Positions 56,789 to 64,000 of a DNA stretch of 64,000 nucleotides are shown here, in pieces (the first letter of the stretch is position 1; each line of letters opens with the position of its first letter). The notes under the pieces are model-generated. The model worked only from the letters and a program-made list of their open reading frames with translations, did no database searches and was not told the origin of the DNA. The stretch covers positions 4,736,001 through 4,800,000 of the forward strand of contig OY970067.1 of assembly GCA_963705305.1 (NCBI GenBank). The letters run 5' to 3'. The translations under genes and the position numbers were made by a program. The stretch is from an uncultured Methylomirabilota bacterium. GTDB lineage: Bacteria; Methylomirabilota; Methylomirabilia; Methylomirabilales; 2-02-FULL-66-22.

Positions 56789-56875
56789 TGGTGCGGGAGG
56801 CGGGACTTGAACCCGCACGGGCCGAGGCCCACAAGATTTTAAGTCTCGCGCGTCTGCCGGTTTCGCCACTCCCGC
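56789..56875 (-). tRNA. tRNA-Leu(TAA), island integration site
   Basis: GCGGGAGTGGCGAAACCGGCAGACGCG-CGAGA CTTAAAA TCTTG; long variable arm; CCA; TTGACT-17-TAGGAA upstream. Confidence 0.95.
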
Positions 56876-57005
56876 GATCGGCTGCCGGAGGATTCCTAGC
56901 ACCAGTCCTGCGGCAAGTCAAGGCTCATGGCGCGCCCGGCCATGCTCCCACCGGATGGGGGGTGGCAGTGGGGGGCCGGGGCAGTCCTCGGCCCTCCTGC
57001 CTGCC

Positions 57006-58136
57006 TCATGCGGAGGTGTCGAAGAACACCACCCGGGTCAGGTCGAAGTTGTAGCGGATGTCGTCGCCGGGACGCAGCGGCGCGTTCCAGGCGATCAGCG
57101 GGATGTCGGCTTCGAACCGCGAGCCGTGGTTGCGGTAGCCGGGACCGAGGGGGACACGGTCGCGCAGGACGGAACCGAAGACCGTGTCGCGGTCGGCGCC
57201 CACGACGATATCCCCGATCCGGTCTGCGTCCAGGTGGTAGGCGGCCGCCGCGGCCTCGGACGGGAGCGCCTGGTCCACCTCCGGCATGGCCGCGAGGAAC
57301 CCGATGACCTCGTCGCGGGCGGCCCGGTCCGACAGGTAGACGTACGCGACCCCGCCATGCCCGCCATGGTGCTTGACCAGCCGGTCGGCGACCGGCGAGA
57401 TCACGGCCTTGACCGGGAATCCGGCGCCTTCGAGAATCGTTTCGAGGTCGAGGCAGACCGCCTTGGGGTTCATCCCGTGATCGGCGGTGACCAGGACGGC
57501 GGCGTCCGGATGCCGGTCGACGACCTCCCCGATCAGCCGGTCCAGCCGCGCCAGGTGGTCGAGCGACTGGGGGGCTTGCGGCCCCCACATGTGCATGGGG
57601 TAGTCCGTCGTGTGGATGTAGAGCACGCCGATGGCCGGCTCCTCGGCGAGCAGCCGCAGGCCGGCCCGCATGATCCACTCGTTGGCCTCGATCGAGTAGA
57701 TGTCGGGCGGCGCCCCGAACCGCGCGACGGTCGAGGCCTCTGGGTCCTGCACGGACACCCCCACCGCGACCGACGGGCCCAGGATGCGGACCGTCTTCGA
57801 TTTCGACGTCACCAGGGCCGAGCGGATCCCCTGGCGCGCCGCCACGTCGAACAGCGTCGGGCTCTTCAGGAAGCTCGGGTCTTCGAGGAATGCCGGCCGG
57901 TTGGTGGCCGGGTCCAGGTAGCAGTTCGTCGTGACCCCGTGCGTCTCGGGAAAGGCGCCGCAGACTATCGAGAGATTGTTCGCGTTGGTCAGGGTCGGGA
58001 AGATGGCCAGCCCTTCGCGGAAGAAGCCCTGTTGCGCCATCCGCTTCAGCGCCGGCATCTCCGCCGCGCGGTAATAGTCCAGGCCGAACCCGTCGATCAT
58101 CAGCACGATGCACAACTGCCCGCGATTCAGGCGCAT
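57006..58136 (-). CDS. Alkaline-phosphatase-superfamily enzyme, phosphonoacetate hydrolase (PhnA)-like
   Basis: IDG, PTLTNANNLSI, HGVTTN, TTDYPMH, TADHGM, NHGS. Confidence 0.8.
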   Translation of the reverse strand: MRLNRGQLCIVLMIDGFGLDYYRAAEMPALKRMAQQGFFREGLAIFPTLTNANNLSIVCGAFPETHGVTTNCYLDPATNRPAFLEDPSFLKSPTLFDVAARQGIRSALVTSKSKTVRILGPSVAVGVSVQDPEASTVARFGAPPDIYSIEANEWIMRAGLRLLAEEPAIGVLYIHTTDYPMHMWGPQAPQSLDHLARLDRLIGEVVDRHPDAAVLVTADHGMNPKAVCLDLETILEGAGFPVKAVISPVADRLVKHHGGHGGVAYVYLSDRAARDEVIGFLAAMPEVDQALPSEAAAAAYHLDADRIGDIVVGADRDTVFGSVLRDRVPLGPGYRNHGSRFEADIPLIAWNAPLRPGDDIRYNFDLTRVVFFDTSA

Positions 58137-58452
58137 TCTCTTCCCTCCTTCTCGCCGCCGATCGCTCGCACGCCTTAAGGCGAGGGGCGATCAGGGTTTG
58201 CGGTTCGGCCTTGTTGTCCTCCCGGTGACCCGACTCCCCCCGACCGCGGCTGACCCCATTCCGAAAATATTCCATCACCAAGGCGCCAAGCATGCCATGG
58301 CTGGAATGGGCGGAAGACCCTGCGACCGGAGCCGCGTCAAGCCCCCCGGAGGGATCGTTCCTGAGCACGGAGTCAAACCGGCCGAACCCCGTGGATCATG
58401 AGACCTTGGCGTCATGGCGGTTCAAGGGTTTTATTCGGTTCAAGGCCGATTC

Positions 58453-59277
58453 TCAACGGAGAATCTCGTCGTCCTCCTCGTCCGCCGCATCCGAAAGCCC
58501 CTCGGCCATGGCCATGGCATCGTAGACCGCCTCCACGAGCTCCTCGTCTTCGGAGTCGGTCAGGTCGGCGAGGATCTCCAGCGCCTCCCGGGGGCGGATG
58601 CCGGCCACGGCGTCAATCGCTGCCAGCAGCAGGGGCTTATCGGTCCTCTTCGAGGTGACGAGGGCGGCGATGTGCGGCCAGGCGGCGTCCACTCCCCAGT
58701 TGCCAGCCGCGCAGACCGCCTCATAGCGGATAGCCGCGCTCTGGTTGTCGAGCGCTTCCATGATCTGCGCATCGAATCCACGAACGTACCGCATGCAAAA
58801 GACGGCCGTGAGCCTCCAGGCCTCGTCCCTACTTTCGTAGGCGGCGCGGACCGCACCCTGGTGCCAGCCCTGCGGGGCGCGCACCGAGGCTTCCAGGATC
58901 CGCCGCCGCACGTCCTCCGGAACGCCGGCATCCGTGTACAGCGCGCGCAGCGACTGCTGGATCGCGTGGAGCGTTCGTTCGGTGATCGGCACCTCCTCGG
59001 GGTCCTCGAACCCCTGCGTGTCGGCGTGCTCGAGAACGGGGCCCAGGGAGATAACCGCCTTGCCGCGTAGCGTCTCGGATTGCTCGCTGTTACGCACGAT
59101 CGACAGCAAGGCTTCGACCAGTTCGCTGTTGATCACGGTGAGATCGCCCGCCAGCTCCGCCGCGAGGAGCCGGTCGGACTCCGGGGCCCGGTCATCCCGA
59201 AGGAGGTCGAGGATCATCCGGCCGGCGCCTTCCGGCCAGTCCCAGGGCGGGGAGTCTTTCAACCTCTTCACGTCCAT
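58453..59277 (-). CDS. HEAT-repeat protein
   Basis: Helical repeats (VRRRILEA, WRLTAVFCM, IRYEAVCAAG); acidic tail. Confidence 0.75.
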   Translation of the reverse strand: MDVKRLKDSPPWDWPEGAGRMILDLLRDDRAPESDRLLAAELAGDLTVINSELVEALLSIVRNSEQSETLRGKAVISLGPVLEHADTQGFEDPEEVPITERTLHAIQQSLRALYTDAGVPEDVRRRILEASVRAPQGWHQGAVRAAYESRDEAWRLTAVFCMRYVRGFDAQIMEALDNQSAAIRYEAVCAAGNWGVDAAWPHIAALVTSKRTDKPLLLAAIDAVAGIRPREALEILADLTDSEDEELVEAVYDAMAMAEGLSDAADEEDDEILR

Positions 59278-59368
59278 GTTCACCCCTCGCATGCATGGTT
59301 GTCCGCCTCGTTGCTCTTTCCATCTGCGGAGAGCCAGTCTCGATTCGCCATCGTGTCGTCGCGGCCCC

Positions 59369-59914
59369 TCACGTGGTCTGCCGTACGATCCGCCCGTGGA
59401 TCTCGGCCGTTAACGCCTCGATCCGCCGGCTCAGGTCCTGGGTAAGCTTCGTCAGCTCGGTGTTCTGTTGAAGCAGGTCCATGACCTGCGCGGCCTGCTT
59501 CATGGCCAACGCTTGCCGCTCTTCGCTCGCCGCGGCGAGCGCCTCCCGATGCATGGCGTCGGCATCGGCGTGGGCCTTGTCGCGGTCCGCCTGGCGAGTC
59601 TGGGCGAGCAGGATGAGCGGGGCGGCGTAGGCCGCTTGCAGGCTGAACGCGAGATTCAGCAGGATGAACGGGTAGACGTCGAACTGGGTGACGCCGGCCG
59701 CGTTCAGAGCGATCCAGATCCCGACGATGACAGTCTGAGCGATCAGGAAGGTGGGGGTCCCGAAGAACCGGGCGAAGGATTCGGCCTTCAGGCCGAACCA
59801 GTCGCCGCCGAAGACCGGGGCCAGGTGGGCGAGCTGGGCGTGAAACCGGAAGTGGTGGCGCGCCTCGTCGGACGACTCTCGAAGCAGCTTCGGGGTCGGT
59901 GTCTGCGTTCCCAT
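59369..59914 (-). CDS. DUF1003 domain membrane protein
   Basis: FDVYPFILLNLAFSLQAAYAAPLILLAQTRQ. Confidence 0.88.
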   Translation of the reverse strand: MGTQTPTPKLLRESSDEARHHFRFHAQLAHLAPVFGGDWFGLKAESFARFFGTPTFLIAQTVIVGIWIALNAAGVTQFDVYPFILLNLAFSLQAAYAAPLILLAQTRQADRDKAHADADAMHREALAAASEERQALAMKQAAQVMDLLQQNTELTKLTQDLSRRIEALTAEIHGRIVRQTT

Positions 59915-60338
59915 GATTCCTCCTCTGATGGGTGTCTGCTGCTTTGCGAATGTTGAAGCGCGCGCGCAGTGATTGAAGACGATCTTGCATGGATTTGTCA
60001 ATACTGGAACCCCGATGGCAACCGGATTGTCGCCTTGGGATACTCCTTGCCCGCCTTCACCGCGCTTCTGAGGCCAAGGACGCAGCGGCGCCGGCAGGCG
60101 AAGTCGCCGATGATCCATCGATCTTGGCCGTATGGCTCTCGCCAGGAGATGTCTCCCTTTGCCTCGTCATTTCCCGACAAAGGGTGCTGCGCGCATCAAT
60201 CGGATGTTCCAGAAGAGACGGGGGACGAGAAGAGATGGGGGACGTCCCCTATTTACGGCCGGACGCGACAGCCCGATGACTGTCTGTGGGCTGAAGCCGG
60301 GGGTGCGCCGCTGGGGCCGGATCCTGCAGGCTTGAGGC

Positions 60339-60414
60339 TGGAGGCGCGGGGCGGACTCGAACCGCCGAATCGAGGTTTTGCAGACCTCTCCCTTAGCCTC
60401 TTGGGTACCGCGCC
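60339..60414 (-). tRNA. tRNA-Cys(GCA)
   Basis: GAGGT CTGCAAA ACCTC arm; TCCA end; TTGACG-17-TATTAT promoter at 60424-60452. Confidence 0.95.
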
Positions 60415-60837
60415 ATGGGCGCCATAATAGGTCAACACAGAGGAGCCGTCAACCCGAACCGGACGAGCCACCGCCGATCCGATGGGAAGCTATCGCGCGC
60501 CAGATCACACTTGCAGGAATGCGCCCCCTCCGGCCCGCCCCGGGACGCTGCGCCCGCGGGCGAGCCGGATCCGGTCGACGCGGCCTCGGATGAACCGAGG
60601 GGCGTACCAAGAGGCGCTCCGCGTCGCGACGTGCCCCGCTCGGGGGGCAGCGGCGCGGAGCAATGCGCGCCGGTTCTCGACGAGGCGCCAGGCGTCAGAG
60701 GGGCGGGCCGGAGGGGGCGTTCCAACGAACAGCTCTTCGTGCTCCTGTCGACCGGAATCAAGGAGCCGCCTGAAGGCCCCGTCCGGAAACCGCGAGGCAA
60801 TGGTACGCCGACCGGCCGCCCAGGATGCCCCCTCCCC

Positions 60838-61965
60838 TCAGGAGGCCTTCAACGGGTAGGCCCCATGGGCCTCGACCAGCTCCGAGATGCGCTCGACGCG
60901 CTCGATCAGCGAGGTCGGCATCACGTTGTCGGCGACCCCCAGGATGAAGGCGTCGCCGGGCGCGATGGTCCGGAAGACGCCCCGCATGTACGCCTCGAAT
61001 TCCTCCTCCGGGAACATCGGTTCCAACACGATGGAGGGCACGCCGCCGAAGATGATCACGTCGGTCCCCCAGACGGCCCGCGCCTCCCGCAGGGTCACCT
61101 CGACCATAGGGGCCGTGCAGAAGCACTCCGACATGTCGAAGCCGGCCTCCTTCACCTCCCCCAGGATCGCCTTGGAGTCGTCGTCGGCATGCCAAGCCAG
61201 GGACTTGCCCCGGGCGTGCAGGAGGGCGCTGAACTCCTTGTAGTACGGGGTGATGTAGCGGCGGAACTGCTTGGGCGGGGTCATCTGCGAGTCGAAGTGA
61301 ACCCCGTGCAGGATGAGCCGCGCCGGGGAATCGGCCACCACCGGCCAGAGGCGCTCCCGCTCCACCTGGGTCATCACGGCCAGCAGGTGCTCGAACTCCT
61401 GGGGGTGGTCCACCATCTCGAAGTAGGCCTGGTTGTAACCGGCCAGGTGCAGCAGGAAGTAATGGAACGGGCAGTCGCCGCAGGAGACCATGGGAAGGCC
61501 CTCGTCCCCCACCGCCGCGTCATAGGCCAGGTAGTCCTTGTAGCACTGATCGTAGTACGTGTGCTCGGCGACGTACTCCAGCACCCGGTAGTCCTCCACC
61601 CGCTGGATGGGATGCTCCAGGGGCAGGCCCTGGTCCGTGCGCCCCTCCAGCTCCTTGGACAGGATCCGGCCGAACACGACCTCGCCGTACGGGGTGACGA
61701 ATCGCTGGCGGAGGACGCCGGGAGCGCGCTCGGGCCGCACCTCCAGCCCTTCGTACCGCGTCGTGAACACCCGGCCCTCCCGCGCGGGATTCCCCGTGCG
61801 CAGGATGCGGGAGATCTCGAGCAGGCTCTTCCCCTGGAACCGGGCGGGTATGTTGCCCTCGGCCAGACGGGCCTCGTACCAGAGGGAGAGCCGGGCGATC
61901 CAGGGAATCCGGTCGGGGCTCCGGCGGTCCAGCACGGCCAGGATGCGCTCGCGGTTGGTCATCAT
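60838..61965 (-). CDS. Uroporphyrinogen-decarboxylase/MtaA-CmuA family protein
   Basis: MTNRERILAVLDRRSPDRIP, WHADD, IFGGVP, FILG. Confidence 0.8.
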   Translation of the reverse strand: MMTNRERILAVLDRRSPDRIPWIARLSLWYEARLAEGNIPARFQGKSLLEISRILRTGNPAREGRVFTTRYEGLEVRPERAPGVLRQRFVTPYGEVVFGRILSKELEGRTDQGLPLEHPIQRVEDYRVLEYVAEHTYYDQCYKDYLAYDAAVGDEGLPMVSCGDCPFHYFLLHLAGYNQAYFEMVDHPQEFEHLLAVMTQVERERLWPVVADSPARLILHGVHFDSQMTPPKQFRRYITPYYKEFSALLHARGKSLAWHADDDSKAILGEVKEAGFDMSECFCTAPMVEVTLREARAVWGTDVIIFGGVPSIVLEPMFPEEEFEAYMRGVFRTIAPGDAFILGVADNVMPTSLIERVERISELVEAHGAYPLKAS

Positions 61966-62060
61966 TGACACCTTGGCGGTGAGATGCGTTTGGGATCGGG
62001 TTGGTCCTTGAGACCGACTTGCCGCACTGCCTTGCACCCCGCCGGCGCGGCGGAAAGCCG

Positions 62061-62861
62061 CTACAGATAGATTTCGGGCTCTCGGCGCGTCCGGCAATTC
62101 TGGGTCAATCGGTCCGCGATCTGGCGGATGCGCACATCCGTGACGACCCGCGCCCGCTCCGGACACGCCTTGACGCAGGCGCAGCAGGCGATGCACCGGC
62201 TCGAATCGGCGACGACCGTTTCCCCGATCGCGATGGCGCCCACCGGGCAGACGGCGACGCACGCCCCGCACATCATACAGCGCGCCGCCTCCCGCTCGAG
62301 GGAGACGTCGGCGAGGATCCGCCGCTCCTTGTACGGAATCTGCCCGGGCACCGGGAGCAATCCCGCCCCGTTCCCGGCCGGCATGCTCCGGAGCTTGTAC
62401 TGGATCCACTCGCCGAAGTCCCCCGCCAGCTCCAGGTCCTTCGGATCGGGGCGCCCGGCCGCGATTGGCGTGGCGGCGCAGGAAAACGAGTGCTCCCCGA
62501 TGAAGGCGCCAGCCGCGATCGGGCGGAATCCCCTCTCAACGGCGAGGTCGCGTAATTCCAGCAGGGCATCCTCGTACGCCCGGTTGCCGTACACGACCAC
62601 GAGCGCCGCCGGCGTCGCCTGTCCCCTGAGGCGCCGCAGGCGCTCGGCGGCCGTCGGGGGAATCCGGCCGCTGTACACCGGGGCGCCGATCAGGGCCAGG
62701 GCGTGGGGCGGCGCAACCCACCCGTCCGCACAGGCCGCCGGGGGTGTGAGATCCAGATGGTCAATCCCGACCCCGGCCATTCCCCGTGCAATCCCCTCGA
62801 GAATGGCCCGCGTGGTCCGGGTCGGAGAGAAATAGATCAGGTTTGCCGAAGTGAGATGCAT
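62061..62861 (-). CDS. Flavodoxin-fold + 2x[4Fe-4S] ferredoxin (EFR1-like)
   Basis: YFSPTRTT, VYGNRAYEDALLEL, CMMCGACVAVCP and CIACCACVKACP. Confidence 0.88.
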   Translation of the reverse strand: MHLTSANLIYFSPTRTTRAILEGIARGMAGVGIDHLDLTPPAACADGWVAPPHALALIGAPVYSGRIPPTAAERLRRLRGQATPAALVVVYGNRAYEDALLELRDLAVERGFRPIAAGAFIGEHSFSCAATPIAAGRPDPKDLELAGDFGEWIQYKLRSMPAGNGAGLLPVPGQIPYKERRILADVSLEREAARCMMCGACVAVCPVGAIAIGETVVADSSRCIACCACVKACPERARVVTDVRIRQIADRLTQNCRTRREPEIYL

Positions 62862-63183
62862 GGCCGCTGTCCCTTGACTTGCCGGGGGGAACCGCTTCGA
62901 TGCCTCGGTGCGCGATGCGCAGTCCCTGCTCCGAACCTCGCGCTTTCCCCCTTCGTGGTTCGACGCTCGAAGGTCCCCCTGCCCTGCGTGGCGCCCTCCC
63001 GCGTCGTCTTTTCCCTGCCCAGCGATCATACATTCCAATAACAAAGGGAGCATAGAACACACGGAAACCGTGGCCCGGGATCAAACAAGGGCAATTAATG
63101 TTACGGCGTCCCCTATGACAGGTAGACCGAGCCCTTCCCTGACCCGGATGATGGTGCCGAAGTCTCCGAGGAGATGCCAGACG

Positions 63184-63624
63184 TTACCGGGGGTTCGGGT
63201 GCTCGCCGTGTGCCCGCACCAGCAGAACCGGCGCCTGGGCGTGGCGGACGACCTCCTCGGCCACACTGCCCATGACCAGACGGCTCAGCCCGCTACGGCC
63301 GTGCGTGGACATCGCCACGAGATCGACCTGGTTGAAGGCGATGTGCTCGATGATCTCCGGCGCCGCCTTGCCATACCGCACGGCATGCGAGACCTGGAGC
63401 CCCTCAGCGGCAAGCATGTGGGCCAGTGTCTCGATGTACGCCTCCGCTTCCTCGACCACCCGGACCTCCTCGTCCGTCGGGTTGGCGCCGGGGAAGACGT
63501 GGGCGAGCGCGACGCGCAACAGCAGCACCTCGGCCCCCACGGCCTTCGCCAATGCCTTCGCCGACGGCAGGACCGCCTCGGCCAAGCTGGAGCCATCCAG
63601 GGGTACCAGGATCTTCGTGAACAT
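63184..63624 (-). CDS. Universal stress protein
   Basis: KILVPLDGS, DLVAMSTHGRSG...MGSVAEEV...PVLLV. Confidence 0.92.
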   Translation of the reverse strand: MFTKILVPLDGSSLAEAVLPSAKALAKAVGAEVLLLRVALAHVFPGANPTDEEVRVVEEAEAYIETLAHMLAAEGLQVSHAVRYGKAAPEIIEHIAFNQVDLVAMSTHGRSGLSRLVMGSVAEEVVRHAQAPVLLVRAHGEHPNPR

Positions 63625-64000
63625 TGCCCGCACCTCCTCCCGGGAGTATCTTGAACCCCGGGCCTCTTCCAGACTTCGGATCGCCCCCCGCTGGCCCGGG
63701 CGACCCCGGGCCGCCGGGCCGGGCGCCGGACCCGCATAGCCGGGTTTCCCCTTTCCCCTCCGATTGGTGCAAGAATCCTATTTCCTCCCGTCCCCTGTCA
63801 AGGTGTCACTGAGGGGACGTTGCTTCCTTATTCTCCTTGTTCCTTAGGCAAAGGGCACAGGGCAAAGGGCAGAGGAGGGTTCCGGACCTCAGGCCAAGAT
63901 CGCCAAGCTCGCCGAGAAGAATGTCACTGTTGTTTCAGATTCCCGTTCCGAACTTATCCCTGCCCTACTTTGCACCCTTTGCGTGCTTGGCGTGAGACAG

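Larger units (their letters stand above)
29375..56845. mobile_element. ~27.5 kb genomic island integrated at tRNA-Leu(TAA), decayed
   Basis: 58-bp direct att repeats, tyrosine integrase abutting the tRNA, xis-like gene at the other end, mosaic cargo and pseudogenes. Confidence 0.92.

Noticed and set aside
29375..56845. Prophage, ICE or anti-phage defence island
   Set aside because: No capsid, terminase, relaxase, T4SS or recognisable defence genes; cargo is transport and metabolism.
60480..60830. Possible small gene with a decayed zinc-ribbon-like TCPARGAAARSNARRF
   Set aside because: Only one Cys remains and there is no supporting start or context; cannot be supported.

Overview
High-GC bacterial chromosome. 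The 16S sequence resembles Methylomirabilota/NC10 (inference from remembered NC10 primer sites). Bases 1-29.3 kb are core housekeeping, mostly on the minus strand: thrS-infC-rpmI-rplT-pheST-zapB-zapA-6S RNA-rny-ymdB-folD, PBP1A, tyrS, a complete rrn operon (16S-Ile-Ala-23S-5S), amidase-GerMN-rph-rdgB, seven tRNAs, and tig-clpP-clpX. The most unusual core feature is an intact-looking gene for a secreted ComEA-like helix-hairpin-helix protein inside the rRNA operon, between 23S and 5S. Many tRNA and other spacers are built from 7-bp-periodic inverted repeats. Bases 29375-56845 form a ~27.5 kb decayed genomic island integrated at tRNA-Leu(TAA), with a 58-bp att duplication, matching arm-type sites, an N-terminally truncated integrase and a xis-like gene. 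Inside it are a Xer-like recombinase pseudogene with a tripartite site repeated in inverted orientation 13 kb away, an IS3-end-bounded solute-binding-protein cassette, TRAP and Liv-type transporters, a lactonase/CMD catabolic module and several gene fragments. The right end carries PhnA-like, HEAT, DUF1003, tRNA-Cys, UroD-family, flavodoxin-ferredoxin and USP genes. Single-base frameshifts in rpmI and livF probably reflect assembly errors. No CRISPR array was seen. All family assignments come from motif recognition by eye, not database searches.
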